The notes beneath the pieces were generated by a model. The model had not been told where the DNA came from and did not search any database. It worked only from the letters and a program-made list of their open reading frames with translations. This document shows positions 25,801-40,600 of a stretch of 64,000 nucleotides of DNA, in pieces; the stretch's first letter is position 1, and the number at the start of each line of letters is the position of its first letter. The translations under genes and the position numbers were made by a program. The stretch comes from Octopus sinensis (Eukaryota), in NCBI RefSeq assembly GCF_006345805.1, contig NC_043012.1, forward strand, positions 2,108,001 to 2,172,000. The letters run 5' to 3'.

Positions 25801-28800
25801 TCCTTAAAAGGTTGCATACCATGTTTCAATACAATTGACTAATATCTTGAGGTTCCGCATTGACTATAAAGAGAACGGGAGTGTGAACTTCTCTCCAGTA
25901 CCGCTGCAATGGTTGTTGCATGTGAACATACATCGTACACGTGTGAAGTTTTCTGCTTTGTACCTTGTCTTTAGGCCGTTGTATTAAAATGAATGATTGT
26001 GTTAAATTTAGTGTTGTTTACATTTAGTTATGACTCATAAGCCAATAACATGTCATGATACTAAATGACCAATATTTGGTACTCAATGTGATCTTAGCGA
26101 GCGAGTTTGGCCAACTTACAAGGACATACTAAAATGTGGTTTGTCTGAACAAGAAAAAGAAAAGAATGCAGTTAAGAAAGATCCTTCAATTAAACAAATT
26201 GTCAAGATTGTAGAAGAAAAGATAATTCTTCTTTGGCAAAAGGCACCCATCCCTTGTGTTGCGATTGATTCAGTGAAACTGAAAATTTTAAACTTTTATC
26301 TAAAGCACCAAGCATTACTAAAATCTATTGAAAATAGAAAAAAATGCGTCAGCGTTTCAAAGAGTAATGTGTTTAAAAACAATGCAACAAAAGATTTATT
26401 TGACATTTCCTGTTGCAAGTGCAACTCCTTTAAAGACTGCAGTTGTAGTAGAGACAAAATGTACCACAGAGAGAACAAGATTTTTTTTACAGGATCAACA
26501 TGTGAAGAATCAAAAATTGGCTTACACGTAATTTTATTTTAATGTGTGTGTAATCTAGACCTCATGTAACATATATTCGGTAACCTAGTATTAAAAATAA
26601 TAAAGGAAACAAAGTTGAAAACTCTATTTATTTCACGTAATTTCGAAATTCCAAGTGTGTTGCGGAGCCTGAAGATATAAATTTTAGAACTTGAAATTTT
26701 AACACTCCTGTTTTTGAAGGATTTTGCAAAAGAAAATCAATTCATAACAACAAATAGAAAAAATAAAATGAGGAACAGCAAATGTGTTATAAATTGATTT
26801 TTTGCTCATTATTCAAAATTTCAAGTGGGCTGCAGAGCCTGAAGATGTAAATTTAAGAACTTCAGATATTTTAACACAGTTGTTTTTAAAGGATTTCGCA
26901 ATAAAAAAATATACTCTTGAAAACATATTTTGAAAATCTGTGTAAAAAGTACCTTTTTCACTCCACCCTAGTGTGTGTGTTTATGTTAGAGAGAGAGAGA
27001 GAGAGATAGACAAACAGACAGATATACATACAAACACACACATACATACATACATACATACATACAATCACACACATTAATACTTACATACACACATACA
27101 TGCAAACAAATGTGGAAGCACTCCATCGGTTACGACGGTAAGGGTTCCGGTTGATCCGAATCAACGGAACAGCCTGCTCGTGAAATTAACGTGTAAGTGG
27201 TTGAGCACTCCACAGACACGTGCACCCTTAACGTAGTTCCTAGGGATATTCAGCGTGACACAGAGAGTGACAAGGCCGGCCCTTTGAAATACAGGTACAA
27301 CAGAAACAGGAAGTAAGAGTGAGAGAAAGTTGTGGTGAAAGAGTACAGCAGGGATCACCACCATCCCCTGCCGGAGCCTCGTGGAGCTTTTAAGTGTTTT
27401 CGCTCAATAAACACTCACAACGCCCGGTCTGGGAATCGAAACCGCGAGTCCGCTGCCCTAACCACTGAGCCATTGCGCCTCCACATACATACATACATAC
27501 ATACACACATACATGCAAACAAATATTCAGATGCACTTAAGGATAATGTTTAACCTACACTTTTGGGAGCAGCTGGTCTATATATCTTCTTATCTTCTTC
27601 TTCATCTATATAAGCATATCTGAAAAAGAAAAATAAATAAATAAAATAGAACTTTGAGAGCATTGACAAAGTATCACAAATTTAAGGGATTGTCCCAACC
27701 ACAAATCGTGACTGGTACTTATTTTCATTGTTGCTGCAAGAATGGAAAGCAAAGTAAACCAAAATTCAGGATGTAAAAGGACAAGATTAAATACTGCAAG
27801 ATATTTTTCTCAGACACTCTGCTGATTATGTCATCAAATGTCTTATCAATATAATGATAATAATATTCCTAATCACTGCTTAGCACTGATGCTATTTTTA
27901 TTCCAACCAGGTGGCACACTAGTGTAACTCAGTCACTGATATTGACTGTTTCTTAGTAAAGCTATGGCTTTGAATCTGCTCAGGGTTATCTCTCTTTGGT
28001 ATTTCCCATTGAAGAAAGCTAAAGAGAGCTAGAAACGCATATCTGGGAATCTGCTAGAGAGAAGCACTGGGCAGATATGGTGTTTTTACACATTTTACTA
28101 TGAGAGAGATTTTTTTCTCCATAGTAACTGCAATGAATTTGCCTTTAGAAGTTAAAATATGTCATAGACATACTTTAACTAACCTAAAGTTTGTTCATTC
28201 CTAATCACTATTTGGTACTGATGCTTTGTGTGTGTGTGAGTGTGTGTACAGAAAACAAAAGGCGAGGGAGAAAACAAAAGAGATATGTGAGGGAACAACA
28301 AACAGGTGTATTAGTTTGATGTTTCAGAAAAATGGAAAAGTCTTTGACGTTTCAAGCCTACTCACTTTGACAGAAAGAGATGAGAGAAAAAAATGTGTCA
28401 GGATTAACGGTTTCACATGATGCAACCAGAATATATATGTATGTAAATGGCACCTGTGAAATCGTGGTTCTAGGCACCCATGAAATCGGAGTTGGGTCAT
28501 CGCTGGTGCTTTGTAAATGGCTTCTATGAATCGTAGTTGTAGTTGTGGCCATTGATGGTGCCAATTAAATGGAAGTGTGAATCACAATTCTGGTCATTGA
28601 TGGTACCATGTAAATGGCACCCATGAATTGTAGTTATGGTCATTGCCGGTACCATGTAAAGGGCACCTGTGAATTATTGGGGCCATTGCTGGTGCCATGT
28701 AAATGGCACCCATGAATCGTAGTTGTTATGGTCGTTGCCAGTGTCATGTAAATGGCATCCATGTTGGTGGCACATAAAAGTACCCATTACACTCCTGGAG

Positions 28801-28955
28801 TGGGTGGCATTAGGAAGGGCATCCAGCTGTAGAAGCCATGCCAAATCAGACTGAAACATGGTGCAGCTCTCTGGCTTGCCAGTTCCAGTCAAACCATCTG
28901 ACCCATGCCAGCATGGAAAGTAGACATTAAATGATGATGATGATGATATATTTAT

Positions 28956-28987
<32 letters not shown>

Positions 28988-31982
28988 ACACATACAAACA
29001 CATATAGACACATACACACACACATACACAGACACACACACACACACACACACATATTACGAAACCTTGTTGTGGGTAAAACAAGAATGTAAACACATTT
29101 TTTTTAAAGCTGTTTGATATGTGTAGAGAAAAGAGAGCACAAGGCCACACATTTTTTTTGTGGTAGGGAGCTATATTAATTTGTTTATAAATATATCAAC
29201 ACAATACTTTACTGGAACTATTTTGCTGACCCTTGAAAAGATGAAAGCCAAAACTCCTCAGTAGAATTTGAACACAGCATCTAAATGGACCTAAAATAAT
29301 AAAAGGTCTCTAATGCTTGATAATCTAATATTAAAATTTTCCAGTTTTTAAATTCCAAAAGTTTTTGTTATTTAATGGAATAATATCTATTATTTCACTA
29401 ATTCCACAAATTTTAAGCTGATTCTAAAGTAAATCCATTCTATAAGGCTTTAAGTAAAAAGTTTTGTGAAATTCATAATCTAGAAAATTATTGTTTTGTT
29501 TTCTCTATTTATTGATACTGTTGATATTTTTCAAAAAATAAATACTTGCTTTTATCAATTTTTGATATTTTCTTTTAAAGTAATTTTCTTCAGTTCTATA
29601 ATCTTGTGTCCATAAAACCAGATTATCAATAGCTTTAAAATTAGATTTAAAAGGAGGGGGGAAAAATCTGCTATGATAGCAAAAACAGGATTAAACATTT
29701 CTTTAAAGCTCACGTAATAAGAATTGGAAATGCAGTGATGAGGTCTCTGTAGAATTAGTTGACTTTAATTAATTTTGATCTTTCCTAGTTGTAGTGTTTT
29801 AACTTCAATTATGTCATTACGATAGGAACCAAATGTCCAAGTAGATCAGGTTCTGGATTACTAACTGAAAACTACCGTGCAGTAAACTCACATGTCTTAA
29901 GATTGAAAATAAACAGAAAATACAGCACTTTCCAGCATACAAGTCGAATTATTCAGACCGAAAATGTTTGGTTGGCTTACACATCAAGACAACTTTGCAG
30001 CAGGATTTGGAAAAATAGAGATGATGTTTGAATGCTTACACTACATATTTATACTATATACACCAACTTGAATGCAAGAAAATATGGTAAAGCAAATCAT
30101 CTGAGCCAGTAGCTAATTTTCAACAGATGTAGTGGATAAGATCACAGAAAGCAGACTAACATCATGGCATCTCAAGAAATAAATGAAAGGTGCAGGAGTG
30201 GCTGTGTGGTAAGTAGCTTGCTTACCAACCATATGGTTCCTGGTTCAGTCCCACTGTGTGGCACCTTGGGCAAGTGTCTTCTACTATAGCCTCGGGCCGA
30301 CCAAAGCCTTGTGAGTGGATTTGTAGACAGAAACTGAAAGAAGCCCGTCGTATATATGTATATGTATATATATATGTGTGTGTGTGTGTGTTTGTGTGTC
30401 TGTGTTTGTCTCCCCAACATCACTTGACAACTGATGGTGGTGTGTTTACATCCCTGTAACTTAGCGGTTTGGCAAAAGAGACCGATAGAATAAGTACTAG
30501 ACTTACAAAGAATAAGTCCTGGGGTCGATTTGCTCGACTGAAGGTAGTGGTCCAGCATGGCCGCAGACGGTAGCTGATATCCTCACTGTTTGAGAGACAC
30601 AATAGGAATGATCTCGTTTGAGATTAGAGCCATCTTTGGCTGGGTTGTTCCTGTTGTGTCTCTCAAACAGTGAGGATATCAGCTACCGCTACAACTGAAA
30701 CAAGTAAATAGAAGAAAAGAAATTGCAGTTTTTATGTATTTTGAATCCTTTAGCATTCATTTCACTCTGTCAAATGTGATGTTTATTTATTCACATTGTT
30801 TTGAATTAATCATGCAACTATCTCATAGTTTGAGGATTTTGATGATGTGATTGTTTATTTTTAGAACGATGTTGCAGGGTATGTGTGAGATGTTGGATCT
30901 GACCAGTCTGAATATAAACTGAGAACATTTGGATCGGATATAGCCAATTTAAAAGCTAAAGAGTTAAAATGGTACTAAAATAGTTAAAATAGCTCTTCCT
31001 TAATGTAATTGCTAAATATACATACTTTTGAAGCATTTGGTCTCTGACTTTCTTGTCATCTTGGATTGGAGTCTGGAAATGTAAATATTTCTGCAAGAAC
31101 ACAAAAGAAGATATCAGATTTTTTTTTTTCATTTTTGTTCATTTTTGTTTTGATTAACAAAACAATAACAATGGTTTCAAATTTTGACACAAGGCCAGCA
31201 AGTTCAGGAGGGGAGGGCTGAGTTGATTACATCAACCCGAGTGTTCAACTGGTACTTATTTTATCAACCCTGAAAGGATGGAAAGCAAAGTCAACCTCAG
31301 CAGAATTTAAATTCAGAACGTAAAAACATGCATTTTGTCCTGCACAATTATGAGACTGCCAGCTTGTTGCCATTAACAAAACAACAACAGCAACGACGAT
31401 GACGATGACGATGACGATGATGATGAATGCCTTGGTGTTGTACCAGGCAGTGGCTCTCATGGCTTCTGATCTTAACTGATTGGAAGTGTTATCATGTACA
31501 TTGTTTTGTCTTGGTACAAAAGATGGGCTACAGCAAATATTCTGCTCAATACCACAGATTTGCTTGTCTGTTGTTTGACCTTAATCAGTTGAGCATGTCC
31601 CTTAGTGGCTGACGATATGTGCATCTCTGATCACAAGCAGAAGTAGTGGGGGAGCATCATAGCCGTGTGTTGAAAGGAATTCTTGGAGGTTTGGATAATT
31701 CACATTTGGAAACATAGGTGGTTCATTCAACATCCTTAAACAATCCTTATTCAGGGACCTTTTGAGCGGGATGGGTTACTCGACCAGAAGAAAATTCTAA
31801 CTAGGCTCCACCTGCAAGGTCATGTGCTGTTTATCTTGATATGAGATCACCATGTCGCGCATATATGGTTGTGATGCATGTGCCTGGTGTACCCTTATCA
31901 GACGGGTAGTCATAATGGGTATACTGGGCTTTGTATAATTTACCCCAGTGTCACTTTGATGGTATGCAGTGCTCTCTCACTC

Positions 31983-32031
<49 letters not shown>

Positions 32032-32138
32032 TGATAATAATAATAATAATAATAGTAATAATAATAATAATAGTAATAGTAATAATAGTAATAATAATAA
32101 TAATAGTAATAGTAATAGTAATAATAATAATAATAGTA

Positions 32139-32184
<46 letters not shown>

Positions 32185-32240
32185 TAATAATAATAGTAAT
32201 AGTAATAGTAATAATAATAGTAATAGTAATAATAATAATA

Positions 32241-32272
<32 letters not shown>

Positions 32273-32284
32273 GTAATAGTAGTA

Positions 32285-32320
<36 letters not shown>

Positions 32321-35173
32321 TAGTGATAATAATAATAATAATAATCCTTTCTATTATAGGTACTGAAATTTTGGGGGAGGGGGCTAATTGATTACATTGA
32401 CCCCAGTGTTCTCAGGGGGAAATATATATGCATCATGATCTGGGGAAACTGGCCTTATGAGCCTATAGCTCAGGAAGGACCTTTGATCCTTTTTTCATTT
32501 ATTTTATTGACCTCCGCCTCTCATTGAATGATTAATGCCAAAGTCAATTGCAGCTGGATTCATTCTCAGAAAATGTAAAGGAAAGAAAATATTAGCACAA
32601 TAACCTAAAAAAGACAAAAGTACAAACAAAATCTTACTTTTTCATTATTCGAAACAATACTTTCTCCTGATTCATGACGATCAAGTATCAACTGAGTTGC
32701 TTCATCCATGTCTCCACTTGCCAGACTGAGGCAGTGGAAGGCTTCAAGGTGACATGCCGCAGGGAAAATCTCCAACAATCGATGGACTTTTTCATCAAAG
32801 ATGCCTTCCACTTTATCTGATGGCTGAGAGAAAGACACACACAAACACAAATGTAGAAAGAAGAACAAGAGAGAAACAAAGGTTTTAAGCAGAAACACAA
32901 GACATGTAATAGTAAATTAAATTATCCAATATGTCTTTACTTCTGTGTGTGTGTGTGTGTGTGTCTGCCTTCAGCACCATATCATCCACTATCAGGACAG
33001 CTGTTCCCGAACATCTGCAGCCAATCAACCTGTTTCATTGGCCTTTAGCACCAGTTTCAGGACAAAAAAGAGATGTGAAAGAAAACCATGAAAACCAATG
33101 GTACCAGCTGTATGTGCACGTGTATGTGTGTGTATATACATATACACACACATACAGGCACACATACACACATATACACGCACACATACACACACACACA
33201 CACACATATGTTTTAAATTTCCTGTTGCTCTTTTCAAATCACTTAAGCTTGACCCTAATCCTAACCTTAACCCTAATAGAGGGTTAGGGTTATCTTTATT
33301 TTCTCTTGTTATGATATATTTCATGATCAGGACTGAAATGTTTACATAAATCATGTTACCTACGTTATTAATTAGCTTCAGTATCCAGTGAGACAAAGCC
33401 TCTACACAGTCATTTAATTTGCTAGAAATGACAACCATATCCCTCTCAAATCTCACTCTGCTGCTTTAAAAAAAATGAAAGATGCATTGGACAAATAATA
33501 TTGTCATTGTTGTCATGGTCACCATCACTGTTGTCGTCATCATCATCATCATTATCATCATCATTTAAAGTTCACTTTCCATGCTGGTATTGGATAGGAT
33601 GGTTTGAATGGGAACCACTGAACAACCAGACATAGAAAATGCTGTGTTGGCCACTACTGGAATGTCTTTTATCATAGGACTACTCAATCAACAAACTAGG
33701 ACTAGGCAACAACAACAACAACAACAACTCCATTATCTCTGATTCAGTGAAAGACAAAGCATCTATGTTGTTTCAGTCATTTGACCATGGCCATGTTGGA
33801 GCACCGCCTTTAGTCAAACAAATCAACCCCATAACTTATTCTTTGGAAGCCTAGTACTTATTCTATTGGTCTCTTTTGCTGAACTGCTAAGTTATAGGGA
33901 CGTAAACACACCACCATCAGTTGTCAAGTGATGTTGAGGGGACAAGCACAGACACACAAACATATACACACATACATAGATATATATACAAATATACAAT
34001 GGGCTTCTTTCAGTTTCCGTCTACCAAATCCACTCACAAGGCTTTGGTCAGGCTGAGGCTATAGTAGAAGACACTTGCCCGAGGTGCCATGCAGTGGGAC
34101 TGAACCCGGAACCATGTGGTTGGTAAGCAAGCTACTTACCACATAGCCACTCTTGCGTCTATATGAAAATTTAGTAAGTGTAGTCTAATGCATTGTTAGA
34201 TAGTGTTGTACGTAGTTTTGTATAAAGTGCAATATGAAAGTATAACATCAAAGTGTAGTATGTAAGTGTGGCTGAAAAGTGTTACATGAAGTGTTGTAAG
34301 AAAATGTAGTGTGTAAGTGTAGTATAAGTGTAGTATGAAAGTATATTAGAATATAGGTAGTGTGAAGTGTAGTGTTGAAGTGTAGTTGGAAACTGTTGTA
34401 TGTAAGTATAGTATGCTGCGTAGCTTGGAAGTGTAGTATCAAGTAAAGTATGGAAGTATGGTAAGAAAGTGTTGTATGAAGTATTATATGTAAGTGTAGT
34501 ATAAAATATAGTATGAAAGTACAGTGTCAAAAGGTAGTGTAAAGTGCAGTGTGACAATGTGTTTGGAAAGTGTATTATGCAAGTGTTGTATAATGTTTAG
34601 TTTGAAAGTGTAGCATGAAAAATGGAGAATGACTAAAACAAACAGGTGAATAAAAGTAAAATAGCAATTACTTTTAGCTATAAATGGAAAGAATTTTAGT
34701 AAAAAAAACTAATATTTTAAAATTTATTTTCAGCATTTTAAAACTGAGAATCATATCATGGAATATTGGAGAAGCTGGAATCAATTAATTTTGAGAGGTC
34801 AAAGGAAGAGAAGCACGGAAATAAGGAAAAGAAAATGACAAGAAGAAAGGAATAAAAAAAAAAGAATAGAAAAAAAAAATCATGTGTGGTGGAGGTGGTG
34901 GTCGTGGGGGAAGTAAAAGGAGTGAAAGAAAAAAATGAATAAAAGAAGAAGAAAATAAAAACAATCTTGTTTGACATAAAAGAAAAATGAAATAAGAAAA
35001 GAAACAAAAAAAGATTAATATAATATGCAGCTTAAAGTGAGAAAGTCATCAATATGGGTGGGGGGATGGGAAATGGTAGGAAAAGAGGAGGCAATCCTAA
35101 GGAATAGTGTTCTGATCTTTGAGAGAGAGAGTGAGAGAGAGAAAGAGAGAGTGGGAGAGAGAAAGAGAGAGAG

Positions 35174-35219
<46 letters not shown>

Positions 35220-35821
35220 AAAGCAATATATAAATTTTAAGTGATGCAACAAGGAGTAATTTAATGGCGAGCAACAACTGACAGATAAACACACAAAACA
35301 TCGAATAAAGTAAGTGTGACTGAGTCTCAGCAGAGATGGCTGAGGTGAGCAGCAGAGTTAATGGAGATCTATCGACAAAGGTGTTAGCTGTTGATGGATT
35401 TTAATGTTCACTGGTAAAGATATAGAAGAGAAGTTTAACATTCGAAGAATAATCTGTTTTAACTGCACCAGACATTGCAATAAAAACAGTGAAAACACAG
35501 GAAACTGCTTTTTCACAAATTGATTTAAGAGCTTTAGATGTTGTTACTGGGAATTTTTATAATGATTGTTACAACGAACAAATAAAAAAAAAAACGAAAA
35601 AAAGGGGGGAAGGCTATCTTTAGAAAATGGATGGATAGAGTTTGGATATGTAAATATATATATATATGTATATATATTTATTCATACTATAAAAAGGAAA
35701 AATCTAAGGATTAAGATTCTAATATAAAATGAAGAGTCCACTAATACCAAGTGAATGGAATTTAGTTTATGGAAACTGTACAAAAGCCTGTTTCGCACGC
35801 ACGCACGCACACACACACACA

Positions 35822-35863
<42 letters not shown>

Positions 35864-36072
35864 ACACATACAGGCAGAGATGCGTAGCAAAGAAATTTAC
35901 TTTCCAACATGTGATTTCAGGTGGGCAAATGTCTTCTACGATAGCCTTGAGCTAACAAAAGCCTTGGTGAAAGAATTTAGTAGACAGAAAGGAAGCTTAA
36001 TATATTTGTCTGTCTGTCAACCAGTCTGTGTGTTTATCTATCTTTCTATCTGTCTGTCTGTCAACCTGTCTG

Positions 36073-36121
<49 letters not shown>

Positions 36122-37223
36122 GCATATATGTATGCATGCATGAATGTGTATATGCATGCCTATATGTGCATGAATGTGTCTGTATTTGTTTAGATTTGTG
36201 CTCCAAGGCAGCCAGCAGTCATTAAAATTGGTGTTGTCACTTTTTCCAACAACTTGACTGCTTGCTTCTCATCTTCATAGACTTGTGATATAAGAGACTC
36301 CTTACTTGAAAAACCAGTCAGAGTCAACCCCCCACCCACTAAAGGGTATCTAATATTAAAATGCTTTAGTAACATGTTTCTCAAATCCATGCAAGCATGG
36401 AAGAATGGGCAGAAAATGACCAACTGAACAATAATGATAATTATAATGATTTCAAATTTTGGCACAAGGCCAGCAATTTTAGGGAGAGGGTAAGTCAATT
36501 ACAACAACCCCAGTGCTCAACTGGTATTTACATTATCAACCCTAAAAGGATGAAAGGCAATATTGATCTTCGCAGAATTTGAACACAGAACATGAAGGCG
36601 CAGGAGTGGCTGTGTGGTAAGTAGCTTGCTAACCAACCACATGGTTCCGGGTTCAGTCCCACTGCGTGGCATCTTGGGCAAGTGTCTTCTGCTATAGCCC
36701 CGGGCCAACCAATGCCTTGTGAGTGGATTTGGCAGACGGAAACTGAAAGAAGCCTGTCGTATATATGTATATATGTATGTGTGTGTGTTTGTGTGTTTGT
36801 GTTTGTCCCCCCAACATCACTTGACAACCGATGCTGGTGTGTTTACGTCCCCGTCACTTAGCGGTTCGGCAAAAGAGACCGATAGAATAAGTACTGGGCT
36901 TACAAAGAATAAGTCCCGGGGTCGATTTGCTCGACTAAAGGCGGTGCTCCAGCATGGCCGCAGTCAAATGACTGAAACAAGTAAAAGAGTAAAGAGTAAG
37001 AGTATGTACAAAATTCTTAACAGCATTTTGCCTGGTGTGCTAACAATTCTGCCAGCTCGCTACCTTAGCAACAACAACAACAACAACAATAATAATAATA
37101 ATCCTTTCTACTGTAGGCACAAGACCTGAAAATTTGGGGGAAGGGATAGTCATTACATTGACACCAGTGTGTAACTGGTACTTATTTCATCGACCCCGAA
37201 TGGATGAAAGGCAAAGTTGACTT

Positions 37224-37255
<32 letters not shown>

Positions 37256-37595
37256 CTGAGACCCCCTTTGGTCATGACACTGACTATGGGATTGCACCTA
37301 GAAAGTTACCCTCCCAGGCATAAGTCCAGGCAAAGTTGTTTATGGAAGACCAGTCGTCACCCATGCATACCAGCCTCCCCTCTCCATGCCACCAGTGTTA
37401 TCCAAGGCAAAGGCAATGGCCGATACAGCTTGGCACTTGTGACGTCGCAATTCATTTTTACAGCTGAGTGAACTGGAGCAATGTGAAATAAAGTGTCTTG
37501 CTCAAGAACACAACACGCAGCCCGGTCCGGGATTTGAGGTCACAACCTCGCGATCGTAAGCTTGACGCTCTAACCACTAAGCCATGCGCCTTCAC

Positions 37596-37649
<54 letters not shown>

Positions 37650-40600
37650 CAGTCATCATTGTTGCCTTTGTCATCATCATTACCATCCTCATCATCATTT
37701 AACATCCATTTTCCATGCTGGCATGGGTTGTACAGTTTTACAGGTGCTGGCAAGTCATCACCAATCTCAGCTGTCTGCTTTGGTATGGTTTCTATGGCTG
37801 GATGTCCTTCCTAACACCAACCATTTTACAGAGAATACTGGGTGATATACATATCTAGTCTTGTCTAGTGATGGTCTGCACTTGGGCAAGTCCAGTACAT
37901 GTGAACCTTCTCCAGTACTTTTTATGTGATCTGGGAGGGGGCCATATCTTCCTCTGCCACCATTAAGGAGATTACTGGAACTTTGGCTACCATGGCTAGA
38001 CTTGGGATGGATACTTGAGTGGTTTCCCATTGCCTTCTACGGGCAGGTGGGATTTGAACTCAGAATGTAGAGAGCCGGAAGATATACTGTAAGGCATCTT
38101 TGCCAATGTACCAATAATTCTGCCACTCTCCTATCTGCAGGAACACAACACACTACCCAGTCCTGGGATTGAACTCACAATCTAGTGCTCGTGAGGGCAA
38201 CACTCTAACCACTAGGCCACATGCCTTCAACCCCCCCCCCCACACAAACATAAATACATACACATATGCACAAACACACACACACAGGCATATATACACA
38301 CATACACATACACACAAACATACACACACACACACATATACATTTCACTATCAGTATCATCACCATTTTAATGTCCACTTTTCCATGCTTGCATGGGGGT
38401 CAACAGAGTTTATTGACATGGATTTACTTCAGTGAGATGTCCTTCCTGTCATTAACCCTCACCTGTTTCCAAGCAAGGTAATATTTTCCCATGGCCAAGC
38501 ACAGTTTTGCTGAAGATAGGAAACGAATGACACTGCTTGTATGACAGTGACACTCATTTACATCTACCACACGAAGTCAAGACAAAAGACTTACATAAAT
38601 ATGTGTGCATGTATGTCTACGATTGCATTGAGTTATGTCCCTTAATGTCCAATAAAAAAGGCCAACTTAGCCATTTCATAAATAGTGCCTGATGAAACAA
38701 GTAACAGACTGAAGTAAGTATGGTGGGGGTGGGGACGAATATGATTGACTAAAGCCATTTTCTGGAGTTACTCCAGCATGGCCGCAGACCAAAAACTGTA
38801 ACCAGTAAATGAATAATAGACAACAGAGAAGTTGAAACTTTGGAATAAAGATGTGAATATAAGCGTAAAAAATATTGTAAGAATACAACACTCGAAGACT
38901 ATATTATTTGAAACCCAGTGCTGTGTAAAATGGAAACATAAAAGATAAATTTTAGTATCTAATCAATACATGATCAATACTTACTACTCTGATCAATATT
39001 TATGTTTTGACTTCCTTTTTCTAATATTTTTGTATTGTTAATAAATCAAGATTTTAGAATAGTTTTTGACATAAGCCATGTGATGTCATATCATGTGATA
39101 GCAATGTCTATGATATGTCAACACTTGTGACAAGACTGCTTTCCAAGACATGGTTATATGTTGAGACAGTGACATGTCCCTTACATAATCAGACTACATT
39201 TGCAAATGGCTATGTTCCAATGTCTGGCTACATTAGCAATAATGTTATGGTCTAATGTCTTACAACATTTATGATATGGCTATGTTCCAATGTCTGACTT
39301 ACATTCATGATATGATTTGTATTCCATGGTCAGGTTATATTCGCAGTAGGGTTATATTCTATAGTCTGGCAGCATTTGAAATATGGATTTGCACCATTGT
39401 CTGGCTACATTCATTCTATTGTCATGTAGCATGATCTGGCTACATTCAGGATGTGGTTATGTGGCATGGTCTGTCTCCATTCATAATATGGCTACGTTCT
39501 ATGTTCTGGCTACATTCATAATGAGATTAGGCTCCTTGGTTTAGCTTCATTGATATGGTTATGCTCCATGGTGTGGCTACATTCATAATATAGCTACATT
39601 CCATAGTCAGGTTACATTAAAAATATTATTATGTAACAAGGTTTGGCTACATTACATTCCATGGCCTGCTGTGATCTGGTTACATTCTTGACATGCTTAT
39701 GTCTGGCTACATTCAGAGTATAGATTTACACTATAACCTGGTTAGTGGAGCAACAAGGATTCTCAGAGCTTGGACACAAAGATGCTTCTGTTGCCCCCAC
39801 CAACCTTAATTAACATGCATAGAAGGCCAGAAAATATTTTGTGTCCCTTTGATAACCGAACCCAAAGGGGATATGATTGTTGTTGCTCATCTTTCTCTTG
39901 TTACACTTCTGAGAGACAAGCTACATTCATAATAGGGTTATGCGCCATGGTCTGGCTACATTTGTGATAAAGTATATTTGATGAAACATTACATTTAAGC
40001 TATGCTATATGAGACAAGGTTAATAAAAAAAATCAATTAATATTCATCCAATAAAACAGTATTTAACAAACGTCTAAAGCAGTGGTTCTCAATTTTTACC
40101 TACAGACCCTTTTGTTTCTTATAGGACCCCCATATCCATGTGGGGTTTTTAAAAAATCCTGTTATATGTTTTTATAATTAAATGTTATTAGAAATTGTAT
40201 TAAAAAATTGTTAAAATATTTTGTGTATTGGAGAATGGTAACTAATTTATTTCTCATAAACTTTAACAACAAAATCTTATATGGTTCCCCAAGGCCCACA
40301 TGGACACCATTTGAGAACTACTGGTCTGAGGAGATTTAAGTTTGGAAATTTAAGAAGCATTTAGGTGATGATTCCCTTTCTTGGAGAATTAAGTGATTAT
40401 TCTTCTTTGTGAAACATGGAGGTCAATGTCTTCCTTGAAGGAAGGATAATGAGGTGAAAATTCTCCTTTTTGGAGTATGAGTTGAATGTCCTCCTTCAAA
40501 GAAGAATTAGATGTTTGGTTGGAACTGCTGATATTAGCAAAGAATGGAATATAAGTAAAATAAAAATTTAAAAAAAAAATTAATTATTCCCATTTGTAGA

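Noticed and set aside
26668-26705. CUGAAGA...GAAA motif (similar spacing at 44164 and 40326)
   Set aside because: No stem II or stem III pairing; chance matches inside DNA-transposon or AT-rich sequence.
36190-36498. 102-aa minus ORF within CUEDC2 intron 4
   Set aside because: Partly SINE and microsatellite derived, lacks flanking splice sites, and exons 4 and 5 already join in frame.
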